64,000 nt of DNA from an uncultured virus (IMG/VR IMGVR_UViG_3300033153_007854) (lineage: Duplodnaviria; Heunggongvirae; Uroviricota; Caudoviricetes): the IMG/VR virus record IMGVR_UViG_3300033153_007854; one strand, given 5' to 3'. Below, piece after piece: positions 35,946 through 44,816 of the stretch. Position 1 is the first letter of the stretch. Each line of letters starts with the position of its first letter. The position numbers were made by a program, and so were the translations under genes. The notes beneath the pieces were generated by a model. It saw only the letters and a list, made by a program, of their open reading frames with translations. It made no database searches and was not told where the DNA came from.

Positions 35946-38534
35946 TTATTGGTCATCTCCTTGACTTTTCCCCCGTTTTGATTTCCTCGTTCTCTTAAGG
36001 AATGAGAATATGATAATCATTGATATGATAGGAACAGCCAGGTCACTGAACTCTGGTATGACATATGCATCTGGATTGATTATTTCTGAGAAGCCCATAA
36101 GCCCCCATTGTGTCGGTGCTTCATCGTAACTGTCATTCGTTGGCGATAAGTTGTCGAGATACCATATATGATTGCCGGATGCATCGTAAATATGGATGCC
36201 GAATGGTCTTGTTGCATTTGGAGTCGGCCCTCCGCCATATATCGCAGTGAGATTGATTTGGAACTCATAACTTCGATTCCCATTCGTGTTGCTGGCTTTC
36301 GCATACCACGTTATAGTCGAATCTGAGTTCCATGAGCCCCCCGAACCGTTATAACTGGCTGTGGAATTGGTTCCATTTACCCAGAACTTGTAATCATCAG
36401 CATCAATCGTTGTTGTATCATTATCGCCCGTATCCCAGTATATCTCGCAGTAGTCTGTATTATTGATGCTCGTGTCGTTGCAGACTTCGATACCGACATA
36501 CAGCCAGGTGTAGTTATGCTTTGCCCTGACTGTGAAATTGAAGTCGAATGAATACGGGTAATACATTTCAGCTTCATCCCATTCAGTGTGCCCAACAACA
36601 CCATCGAGCGTGACATTATTAGCCAGCAGGTAAGCTGTGAGATTTCTTCCGGTGTATTCTGCCGTACTGTTGAATATGTCGGTCCCATTTCCGTTAAGGG
36701 CCCCGCACACAGCGATGCCAAACCACGCATATTTTTGATTCTCACTAACCGCAAGGCACGTTTCAGGCGTCCCACTCACATTTACTGTGCCGAGAACTGT
36801 AGTATTCGCATATTCCGATATATAATAAATATCATCAGTTTGGTCATATATTGTTATAGTCTCCCCCGGAGTGAAGCCCTGCATTATCCAGTGGTCGGTT
36901 TCAGCGGAGGTGAGATTAATCTCATTTGTTTCTTTGGAACCGCCAGTGGAAGTCCCTAAATAAAAATTATCCGCATATTGCCAGCACATGATGACAGCAG
37001 GCGTTCCAGATTCCTGTATAAGTTCAATTCTTGATGCACTAACTGATGTTGCCTTTGCAGAAATAACTATTATCGAGTAGTTAGATAGGTCTTGGGCGTT
37101 TTGGGTGAATGAATTATCGTCTAAAATATCCACATTATCGAAGCTATTGTTAAGTATGCCCCAAAAGCACATCTCGAAGTCGGCATCTATCCCCGCTGGA
37201 TTATTGACTATGAATGCTGCATCACCTGAAGTGCCCTCACCTCTTGTAATTGCATCTATAGTCGGCTCCCAAGTAGTGATTTCCCCGTATCCTAAATATC
37301 CTGCATACTCGATTGATGATAATGTGCCATTTGATTCGAACAGTATTTTGTATGGGGACATTTTGATATATCCGAAATCTTGACTGGTCGGGATGAGTTC
37401 GTTCTCTTGTATTATGTACTGGTATTCCCCATGTGTTCCTGATATATTGATTGTTTGATAATTATATGTTGGCGTATATTTGTAGGTTGGTAATTGTGTG
37501 GGAGTTGATACTGTCTCGCTCTGAACTGGCCTCTTCGATGAACTTATTGGTTCGGCCTGTTTCTCATCATAAGACACTTTATCAGCTTCGATTGTCGTTG
37601 ATTCTGGGATAAGTCCAACCCTATATGAGCCGCCTTGAATATCAAGAGAGTGAAAGATTCCAGATGCCTGTATTTTCAGTGGTAGCACCATGTCTCCTGT
37701 CTTTTCACCAATTTCCAGAAATGAATCTTTCTGATAGTCTGCCCATATTGATTCTGAGAAAGATGAGATTTCATTCTGATAATGGGCATCGTTTCTCACT
37801 TCAATCACAGTGAATAGGGCCTTCATCTCATTCATTTCGTAGTGGTAAGGATACAAGTCTGTTGGATTTAATAGAGTTACCTGCTTTCCTTTTATCAATT
37901 TTGAATTGTCTTCGCCAAATTCGTTAATATGGTCTGGGTTCCCGTGGTCACCCCAACCACCCCAGTCGTAACTATCCGATGAATGAGTATAGACCCGTGG
38001 AGAATAGAGGGTTTGTTCGCTGGTGGCTATCTCTATCATATTGGAGGCGTTGATGGGGGCTATCCTGTATGGTGTGGGGTAATCTGGAATCTCCAAGAAG
38101 ATTCGGACCCCCGCCCGTCCAATGTATTTGGATTCGTTCATTTCCACGATGATGGCGATATACTTGTCATTGAAATATATGCCTACCTCGCCATCGTCTG
38201 AATATAGGGCGTTGTTGTATGCTTCCTTGTGGTAGTCCACATTAGATGGTTCCACCTTAATTATTGAGATTGGAATGATGAGTACGCCAATAAGTAAAAT
38301 ACAGGCCGTTATTGCAGTGATGAGAATAGGGGCCAATGGTTTCTTCTCTACAAAGCGTTGTGACATTCTGGTGCTATTACCGTTGGTAAGTCCATTTCCG
38401 TTCGTCAAGCCATTGCCATTGGTAAGCCCGTTGCCGTTTGTGAGGCCAGATTTGGGCGATAATGATGGTGTGCTTCCGAGGCCGTTTGTCAGACCCCCGA
38501 CCCCCCGCAAGCCCGTTTTACTGTCCCCCCTCAT
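35946..38534 (-). CDS. Surface glycoprotein paralogue: GLTNGN repeats, N-terminal TM, CBM9/DOMON-like domain, PEF-CTERM
   Basis: First ~430 aa homologous to 32806-35925; TLDG...EW...LYVGIEV; ends VIPEFS-TM-KRTRK. Confidence 0.8.
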   Translation of the reverse strand: MRGDSKTGLRGVGGLTNGLGSTPSLSPKSGLTNGNGLTNGNGLTNGNGLTNGNSTRMSQRFVEKKPLAPILITAITACILLIGVLIIPISIIKVEPSNVDYHKEAYNNALYSDDGEVGIYFNDKYIAIIVEMNESKYIGRAGVRIFLEIPDYPTPYRIAPINASNMIEIATSEQTLYSPRVYTHSSDSYDWGGWGDHGNPDHINEFGEDNSKLIKGKQVTLLNPTDLYPYHYEMNEMKALFTVIEVRNDAHYQNEISSFSESIWADYQKDSFLEIGEKTGDMVLPLKIQASGIFHSLDIQGGSYRVGLIPESTTIEADKVSYDEKQAEPISSSKRPVQSETVSTPTQLPTYKYTPTYNYQTINISGTHGEYQYIIQENELIPTSQDFGYIKMSPYKILFESNGTLSSIEYAGYLGYGEITTWEPTIDAITRGEGTSGDAAFIVNNPAGIDADFEMCFWGILNNSFDNVDILDDNSFTQNAQDLSNYSIIVISAKATSVSASRIELIQESGTPAVIMCWQYADNFYLGTSTGGSKETNEINLTSAETDHWIMQGFTPGETITIYDQTDDIYYISEYANTTVLGTVNVSGTPETCLAVSENQKYAWFGIAVCGALNGNGTDIFNSTAEYTGRNLTAYLLANNVTLDGVVGHTEWDEAEMYYPYSFDFNFTVRAKHNYTWLYVGIEVCNDTSINNTDYCEIYWDTGDNDTTTIDADDYKFWVNGTNSTASYNGSGGSWNSDSTITWYAKASNTNGNRSYEFQINLTAIYGGGPTPNATRPFGIHIYDASGNHIWYLDNLSPTNDSYDEAPTQWGLMGFSEIINPDAYVIPEFSDLAVPIISMIIIFSFLKRTRKSKRGKSQGDDQ
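38376..38447. repeat. Four GLTNGN units encoded by diverged synonymous codons
   Basis: Identical peptide repeat, non-identical 18-mers. Confidence 0.8.
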
Positions 38535-39574
38535 GAACAGGATACCTCCATCTCATCGTCTACGAAGACGTAATAGCCAATTCCTGGGACGAACTGAGTT
38601 TCTACTGTATCCAGTCCGGGGGCATATACACGGGTCTTGTAATGGTCTACCCCTATCCTTTCTGTTACTGTGTGTGGAATGCCGCCGAGGACATCCGTAT
38701 TGGTACAGGGCGTTGGTAGGCCCATCAGGTTGACACCTTCGTTGAGTTCCACGCTTAGATGCGGGGTAGATAGGATGGCCGATATTGAGGTTCCAGTGTA
38801 TGAATATAGATGAAAGCCTTCTCCTGGCTGAATCTTATACGAATAATCGTCCCTGACCTTGACAAATGTGCGATATGAGTCCTCAGTGCCGTTTTCCCTG
38901 CGAACTGTAATTGAGGAAACTCCATATTGTTCCAGTAAATCCACCACAGGGATTGGACTCCCACCTGGATTAGATAGGAGATTCGAGCCTTTCTGGACGT
39001 TCCATGTGTGCCGGAATGTGCTTACCACTGACCTGTCCCCATAAAAGTATATCTTTACGATATGGGAGCCCGATGAGATGTTGGTAGTGAACTGTCCTGG
39101 CCCTGACGCCCACCAATTCGGGTATATCTGGTCATCCACGGTTATCTTGGTCGGCGTGACATTGGAGTTGATGAACGTCAGGTTGAGTTCTGGACTACCA
39201 GTGATGTCGAGGTGGACCGTGTAGACGAACTGCTTCTGTATTTCGGTCAGGAACCATACGAATGTGCCTGGAATGTCAATTACCTCGTTCTGGTGGTCAT
39301 CGTATAGGTCTTCGACATCGACAACGAGCCTTTCTATATTGAACGTGCTCACGTTATACTCGTAGTTGGTTGACCATGACATATTCATCAGGCCGTAATA
39401 TGAATTGTTGAACCTCTGTATGTTGTAACTGTCCGTGACACCGTTCGAGGTGAATACGTCGTTTCTTTCACGCCATTCGAGAGGACCGAACGATTCTGTC
39501 GCCCATACCGCTGATACGCTGATTATAATGAGAACTGACACTATACCCAGTGTTATCAGCTTCTTGAGGTTCAT
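38531..39574 (-). CDS. Secreted protein with the shared C-terminal tandem GxN module
   Basis: Signal peptide; VQKGSNLLSNP and LNEGVNLMGLP repeats; no C-terminal TM. Confidence 0.75.
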   Translation of the reverse strand: MNLKKLITLGIVSVLIIISVSAVWATESFGPLEWRERNDVFTSNGVTDSYNIQRFNNSYYGLMNMSWSTNYEYNVSTFNIERLVVDVEDLYDDHQNEVIDIPGTFVWFLTEIQKQFVYTVHLDITGSPELNLTFINSNVTPTKITVDDQIYPNWWASGPGQFTTNISSGSHIVKIYFYGDRSVVSTFRHTWNVQKGSNLLSNPGGSPIPVVDLLEQYGVSSITVRRENGTEDSYRTFVKVRDDYSYKIQPGEGFHLYSYTGTSISAILSTPHLSVELNEGVNLMGLPTPCTNTDVLGGIPHTVTERIGVDHYKTRVYAPGLDTVETQFVPGIGYYVFVDDEMEVSCS

Positions 39575-39598
39575 CGTGACGTAAAAGTGGCTTCCTTA

Positions 39599-39620
39599 TA
39601 TATATACATTTGTAACCAAT
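39599..39620 (-). promoter_or_regulatory. Class II conserved promoter (ATTGGTTACAAATGTATATATA)
   Basis: About 25 nt upstream of ATG 39574. Confidence 0.8.
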
Positions 39621-39630
39621 CACTATGCAT

Positions 39631-39963
39631 CTATTCACAAGATGTCTTCATCTTCTTGAGGAAATCGGCGAGTTCTCCCTCTGGAACATTACCTTCTAGC
39701 GGCAGGTCGGTAATTGTTCCATCGCCGCAGACAGGATATACCGATGGATATGCAGAGAAATCCTTTGCCATTGCCTCGCCTGCCTTTCCGAACTTCCCGA
39801 CAAGCTCCTTCTCGATTTGCCTCATGGATTTCCCTGATGTATCTATGATTTCCACGTTTTCCCCCTTTTTTATAGCTTCTTCAAGCTTCGGGTGAAAATC
39901 CTGACAATGCCCGCATCCGTTCATGTTGATAATTGCAACAGCCGTGGCTTTCTTTCTTGCCAT
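39631..39963 (-). CDS. Thioredoxin-fold protein with a PDI-type CGHC site
   Basis: NGCGHC, SAYPS cis-Pro; start reassigned to MARKK (GAGGTGG RBS). Confidence 0.75.
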   Translation of the reverse strand: MARKKATAVAIINMNGCGHCQDFHPKLEEAIKKGENVEIIDTSGKSMRQIEKELVGKFGKAGEAMAKDFSAYPSVYPVCGDGTITDLPLEGNVPEGELADFLKKMKTSCE

Positions 39964-39973
39964 CGTAACCACC

Positions 39974-40477
39974 TCATTTCCTTCTGCCTCTAGGCTTCCT
40001 TCTCCGCCCCTTTCTCTTTGAATATGACTCGGCTTGACCGATGATGTCGGATAATGCGAATCCCAGGTCATCCGTTACCTTGCCGACACCTCCGAAGTCT
40101 TTGGCCTTTGTCTTGACATCAAAGAAGTTGGTCTTCTGGACCTTCTCCCAGAATTTCGGGTCGTTGAGGTCGTCTGCCGTGATTGTTGGGTTGACCCTAA
40201 CTTTTCTCCCCTTTTTTACTTCAAGGTCACCTTCCAGCCAGAGTTCGAGAACCTTGTTATCACGACTTGCAGAGAAGATAGCCCCATGCTTTCCGGCGAG
40301 AAGTGCGGGGTCTTGCTTCCTGAAGTCGAGTTCGTTGATGTGAATCCTGAAACCGAGGGACTGAATCTTTTGAACGAATTCTGCCTCTGTTAAACACTGA
40401 TTATCAATGATGATTCCGCCATCTCGTTTACAGGCGATTATTTCGGCTGGACGCTTGATTTGACGGCTCTTAACCAT
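39974..40477 (-). CDS. Hypothetical protein with an Arg/Lys-rich tail
   Basis: Start reassigned to MVKSRQ (GGAG RBS, class II promoter upstream). Confidence 0.65.
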   Translation of the reverse strand: MVKSRQIKRPAEIIACKRDGGIIIDNQCLTEAEFVQKIQSLGFRIHINELDFRKQDPALLAGKHGAIFSASRDNKVLELWLEGDLEVKKGRKVRVNPTITADDLNDPKFWEKVQKTNFFDVKTKAKDFGGVGKVTDDLGFALSDIIGQAESYSKRKGRRRKPRGRRK

Positions 40478-40503
40478 TGTATCTCCTGAATGGGCGTAGT
40501 TCG

Positions 40504-40525
40504 TATAAATAGTTTTGTAATCAAC
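40504..40525 (-). promoter_or_regulatory. Class II conserved promoter (GTTGATTACAAAACTATTTATA)
   Basis: About 27 nt upstream of ATG 40477; contains the upstream stop. Confidence 0.75.
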
Positions 40526-41486
40526 CTTGGATGGATGTCTGTAGCAACTTGTTCCATACGTCCTTCCAATCTGAATCCGGCATGGAGGGCTTAGGACATT
40601 TCTCATCCATCTCGTCATCTATGAATACGGAATCCCCACCTGGGAACTTCCATTCCCCGCCTTTGTAATATTGATATGATTTTCCCTTATAGAAAAAGTC
40701 TCCATCTGATGTGATGTCGCTCCAATTTTCTCCAGTTGGAAGGTCGAACTCGTGTCCCTCTGTAATGTTTCCAAATTTGCTTTTGGTGTATCTCATCATC
40801 TTGCAGCCGCTATCCTCAGCATATATTATATCGAGATACAGCCTATCCTCAAACGTCCCCTTGAATGAGGCGTATCCAAGCATATTGTCCACAATGTCTC
40901 CGAGCTTGACCATGTTGATGTTGACTTGTTCACTTCCGCCCAGCAGGTCTGTAAGTTCAAATGAATTTGCCATGAGTGCAAAATGTATTTTCTTTATGGG
41001 CGGTTTCTTTGCCTTTTTCTTGATGCCGGGGGCATCGACTTCCTCCTCTATTTCCTTGAGGATGTCCTTCGACTTAGCCTTGGGCTTTTTAACGCCGGAA
41101 CAATGCTTTTTGATGAGATTTGCAAGCTGTACCTTTTTATTGGAAAACATATCATGCCACTGGTTTTGCTTGTATCCATATTCGAATGGTGTCTTGAGCC
41201 ATAAGATGTCGTTAGCAGCTTCATTGATTTCTTTATGGAGTCCAGTTGCTTTAAGATACTCATTGAAATCAATCACATCTACAAGTTGAATCATGTCCTT
41301 ATTGAATCCGCTGGTATCTATGGTCTTCACGACAATTCGTGCAGTACATAATTTGGTATCAGGATTGGATTCCAATAGTACCTTGATATGGAGCTGTGAA
41401 TCCCCCATTGATTGGACGAATTCGTTCCCTGCGATAATCTTGTCAAAATCTATTGATTCCTCAAGTTCTTTGAGTGCGAACGGCAT
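40521..41486 (-). CDS. Hypothetical protein with two copies of a Cys-pair domain, paralogue of 41931-43475
   Basis: Repeated C...W..G...L...C domain; ends DWKDVW. Confidence 0.7.
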   Translation of the reverse strand: MPFALKELEESIDFDKIIAGNEFVQSMGDSQLHIKVLLESNPDTKLCTARIVVKTIDTSGFNKDMIQLVDVIDFNEYLKATGLHKEINEAANDILWLKTPFEYGYKQNQWHDMFSNKKVQLANLIKKHCSGVKKPKAKSKDILKEIEEEVDAPGIKKKAKKPPIKKIHFALMANSFELTDLLGGSEQVNINMVKLGDIVDNMLGYASFKGTFEDRLYLDIIYAEDSGCKMMRYTKSKFGNITEGHEFDLPTGENWSDITSDGDFFYKGKSYQYYKGGEWKFPGGDSVFIDDEMDEKCPKPSMPDSDWKDVWNKLLQTSIQG

Positions 41487-41929
41487 TATATTAGCCCCCA
41501 TATTAGTACGAGGAGGACTCCTATGATACTAACCGAAAGCACGAGCCAGGGCCATATCCTTGCCGGGGGTTTCGCTCCTTTCTCATAGATGCATAGGCCC
41601 ATTCCATTCCGGGTCCGGCAAACCTTCAAACCCTTATCCTTGTAGTATTGCTCATAGCGGTCTGCCTGTTTCTCACTGGAATACATCTTACATGATATAC
41701 CCTCTCTGAATTCGAGCTTGACGTTTGCCTTAGTTCCATCGGGTGTATATAGAAGTTTTTTGTTGCCACCGACAATCCAACCATGTGGACATTGAGCGAC
41801 TTTGGTTCCAGGTTCTACCTCGATGCCTTTCTTATCCTTCAGCTCCTTGCATTCTTCTGGAGTGATGCATCTAGTGTCAACGACTGATACTCCGGGGTAT
41901 GGTCCTGTATGAGTCCGCTTTAATCCCAT
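41486..41929 (-). CDS. Cys-rich tail-anchored membrane protein
   Basis: Start reassigned to MGLKRTH; 6 Cys, C-terminal TM, no signal peptide. Confidence 0.65.
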   Translation of the reverse strand: MGLKRTHTGPYPGVSVVDTRCITPEECKELKDKKGIEVEPGTKVAQCPHGWIVGGNKKLLYTPDGTKANVKLEFREGISCKMYSSEKQADRYEQYYKDKGLKVCRTRNGMGLCIYEKGAKPPARIWPWLVLSVSIIGVLLVLIWGLI

Positions 41930-41930
41930 T

Positions 41931-43475
41931 TCATTCCTCCAGAAGCTTTTCGTACATATCCTTCCAGACAGTCTTCCAGTCCTGTTTCTCGGCGGTGTCG
42001 GGTAGAACTCCGCAGTGGTCGGAGAGCATCTGGAGAAGGTTTTTCTCATCGCCTTCAGTTGTCTTCCAGCCAGTGTTTATAATTCCGTTTTGATTTATGC
42101 TCCAATAATCACCATGGGTGCTGATGGGTGGGGAGAATTCGATAAAGTCGGATGCCTTCTTCCCTTTTGGAATGATGATTGATTGCTTGTCAATGTCTTT
42201 GACTTCGCCTGATTCGATGCCTTTGTTGAACCTGTGAATCTTACATTGGCCTGCCATATCCTTGTATAGCAGGAAACCGAATAGATTCTTCTCTGATGGG
42301 GACTCGGCAGTTGCCCATCCAATGAGGTCTTTCTGGAAATCTTGAACCACCCCCTTCCACTCCATACCAGATGAAAACCCGATTTCGGTCCAGTGGAAGG
42401 TTGGTTCACATTGCTCCTCTATCATTTCGAGGACTTTATCAGTTTGAATAGGGTTCCCCTTATCATCATAATACAGTTTGGCGATTAATGCTTGGACCAG
42501 ACCAACTTCCGTCAGTGGGTCTTTGATTGGGAACTTGCCATTCTGGATTGCATAGATGAGTGATAGGTCCACGCCGTCCACAAAGGTCTTATCATCCAGG
42601 GATGTTATCTCCCCAGTTGTAGTATTCTTGATTAATCTTGTGAGAGTGCATTTATCCAGATAATTCTTGCGGATAATCGTACCGACAATCTTCTTCTCCT
42701 TTTTGATTTTGTGAGTGCCAAAAGCGATGATGTCAGGTTTAATCTCAAGCACTTCGTCAACTAAAAACTTGTGCTTCTCCTTGGGTTCATCTAGGGTGGG
42801 TTTGGTAACAAGCCAATCATGATTCCAACTAAATATATCTTCTTCAACTGTAATCTCATCATCCTCAATACCTGTTACTGTGAGGATAGTTTCAGCTTTG
42901 GGTAATAGGAAAGTGTTGATATTTTCTTCTTTGAGTTCCTCAAGTGACTTTACCTTAACCTTATCCCCAACCTTGAGTTTGCTCATGTCAGTGACATATC
43001 CTGGTTCAGTGAACAGTGAACCGAGCCCTTCCATCGCTTCCTTTTCCTCTTTATTTTTCCCAGCCTTTTTCGAAACCTTGCAGTTCTGCTTGAGGAACGC
43101 AGAGAGCTTGAGCTTTTCGCCTTCTTTGTCCTTCCATTTGGTATTCTTGATGCCCGCACTGGGTCCGAATAGTCCACCATGGAAGCTGGCGACATCGTGT
43201 TCCTTCATAAAATCTGATACGTCCTTGACCTTTGGATTGGTTGTTGGTAGATTTATACCACCGATTGAGGATGTGAAATCGTCTGGACCAATGCCTGTTT
43301 TCAGTGTTCTTTTGAACAGTTCCAGTTGACAGTTATCTATCCCCGGCTCCTTGAATATTACACCAAGCCAGTAATAATTGTTGTCTTCATAAGAGTATCC
43401 TGTGAATTGATGTGCCAACACTTCAGCTCCGGCTGGGAGAACTCCGACTATATCCTCTACTTCAAGCTGAGGCAT
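41931..43475 (-). CDS. Hypothetical protein with three Cys-pair domains and an SH3/KOW-like insert
   Basis: Internal repeats; KVGDKVKV...SWNHDWL; ends DWKTVW. Confidence 0.7.
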   Translation of the reverse strand: MPQLEVEDIVGVLPAGAEVLAHQFTGYSYEDNNYYWLGVIFKEPGIDNCQLELFKRTLKTGIGPDDFTSSIGGINLPTTNPKVKDVSDFMKEHDVASFHGGLFGPSAGIKNTKWKDKEGEKLKLSAFLKQNCKVSKKAGKNKEEKEAMEGLGSLFTEPGYVTDMSKLKVGDKVKVKSLEELKEENINTFLLPKAETILTVTGIEDDEITVEEDIFSWNHDWLVTKPTLDEPKEKHKFLVDEVLEIKPDIIAFGTHKIKKEKKIVGTIIRKNYLDKCTLTRLIKNTTTGEITSLDDKTFVDGVDLSLIYAIQNGKFPIKDPLTEVGLVQALIAKLYYDDKGNPIQTDKVLEMIEEQCEPTFHWTEIGFSSGMEWKGVVQDFQKDLIGWATAESPSEKNLFGFLLYKDMAGQCKIHRFNKGIESGEVKDIDKQSIIIPKGKKASDFIEFSPPISTHGDYWSINQNGIINTGWKTTEGDEKNLLQMLSDHCGVLPDTAEKQDWKTVWKDMYEKLLEE

Positions 43476-43506
43476 CTTGATTCCAGCCCAAAATATGCTT
43501 AGTTTA

Positions 43507-43528
43507 TATATATACGTTTGTAATCAAT
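43507..43528 (-). promoter_or_regulatory. Class II conserved promoter (perfect consensus)
   Basis: About 32 nt upstream of ATG 43475. Confidence 0.85.
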
Positions 43529-43637
43529 TCCGATGGCGATTAAGTTGTTGGTTCCACTTCTTGCGCTCATCTGACTTCGAATGGTTTTTAATCCTTCCGA
43601 GCAATGCTTGTTCTTCCTGAGTGAGTCCGCTCTCCAT
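43524..43637 (-). CDS. 37-aa micro-protein MESGLTQEEQALLGRIKNHSKSDERKKWNQQLNRHRN
   Basis: Translated by hand; GAGGG RBS; stop inside the promoter motif. Confidence 0.5.
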   Translation of the reverse strand: MESGLTQEEQALLGRIKNHSKSDERKKWNQQLNRHRN

Positions 43638-43664
43638 ATTGAATCCCTCTGTAAATTCATCCGT

Positions 43665-44816
43665 CTATGATTCTTCAGGTTTCTTCGTTTTCATAGATGC
43701 ATAGGCGAAGATGACAACGATGACGATTACTGCAAAGACGGCGATTCCGATGATGTACCATGGAGAGTATCCCAATGTCGGCGTTGCAGCACGAGACTCC
43801 ACGGTTCCCCCCGTACCTGTACCGAGAGAGGAGAACTTGAAGACCCAACTGCTGTCCCCTGCCGGAGTGCTGATGACCGTATCAATCGTCCGTATGGTAT
43901 CCTTTTTGAATACCAGACCTGTTTCCCCATATGCCTCGACATGGACCTCATATGAGATGTCCGTTCTGACCTGATACAGCTCGATTTCGCCGTTCTCATC
44001 GGTGAGCCGTTGGTACTCCGCCCTCGGAACCGTACTTGTCTGCTCGACGAGGCTGACGACGGCCCCGGAGATTGTAGCACCGTCGGGGTCTTGAACGACC
44101 ATCGTGATGTTGCCCATGGTCGGTGGAATTACCTTTGGAGCGTTGGTTGGTATCAGCGTGTAGGTATACGCATCCTCGTAACGATATGAGCCGCTTGTGG
44201 ACCATTTAATGGTATGATATGCCGACTCCGCCGGGTAGTCCTTGGTATTCATGAGGTCGAAGCCTATCTGGAACTGGATTTCTATCGGGTTGGTGTATCC
44301 ATACGATTCATTATGTAATCTCAGATATTCAGAGGTTATAGTCAGGGATTCCAAGCCGCCAACCTTTTGTCTCCACACATTGGATTGTGTTGTTGTGCGG
44401 GTAAAGGTCATCTTATCTGCGAGTTTGGCATTGTACCATCGTAATGAGAAGGTCGTCCATTGCGTGAGCCCTATGCTCCCCTGAGCGTTACCGGAGGATG
44501 CATCGAAGAATAGAACGCCACCTTCCACGGGTATCGTAGCCTCTGTCCAGGTATCTGAGTCGGAGTTATAGTCAACTACGCCTCCGAAAACGCTTGATTC
44601 TCCCTCTACCGTAGTGCCTCCACCATCATCTCCACCGCCTCCCTCTGTCGGTGGGAAACTATCGGAATCGAAAGGGTCGGTCCCAGCCTGGAGTTCTTCG
44701 GAGTTGGTGAACCCGTCCCCATCCTGGTCCCTTACATCCTCGCTGGTGCATCCAGTTACGGCAACGGCCAATAGAAGACACAGTGCGAGTCCGGCGAATA
44801 GCTTCAGTTTCACCAT
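43665..44816 (-). CDS. Lipoprotein with a TSP3-like Ca-binding repeat, carboxypeptidase-regulatory-like domain and C-terminal TM
   Basis: Lipobox AVTGC; DQDGDGFTNSEELQAGTDP; V.DPDGATISGA.V.L...TDENG. Confidence 0.75.
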   Translation of the reverse strand: MVKLKLFAGLALCLLLAVAVTGCTSEDVRDQDGDGFTNSEELQAGTDPFDSDSFPPTEGGGGDDGGGTTVEGESSVFGGVVDYNSDSDTWTEATIPVEGGVLFFDASSGNAQGSIGLTQWTTFSLRWYNAKLADKMTFTRTTTQSNVWRQKVGGLESLTITSEYLRLHNESYGYTNPIEIQFQIGFDLMNTKDYPAESAYHTIKWSTSGSYRYEDAYTYTLIPTNAPKVIPPTMGNITMVVQDPDGATISGAVVSLVEQTSTVPRAEYQRLTDENGEIELYQVRTDISYEVHVEAYGETGLVFKKDTIRTIDTVISTPAGDSSWVFKFSSLGTGTGGTVESRAATPTLGYSPWYIIGIAVFAVIVIVVIFAYASMKTKKPEES

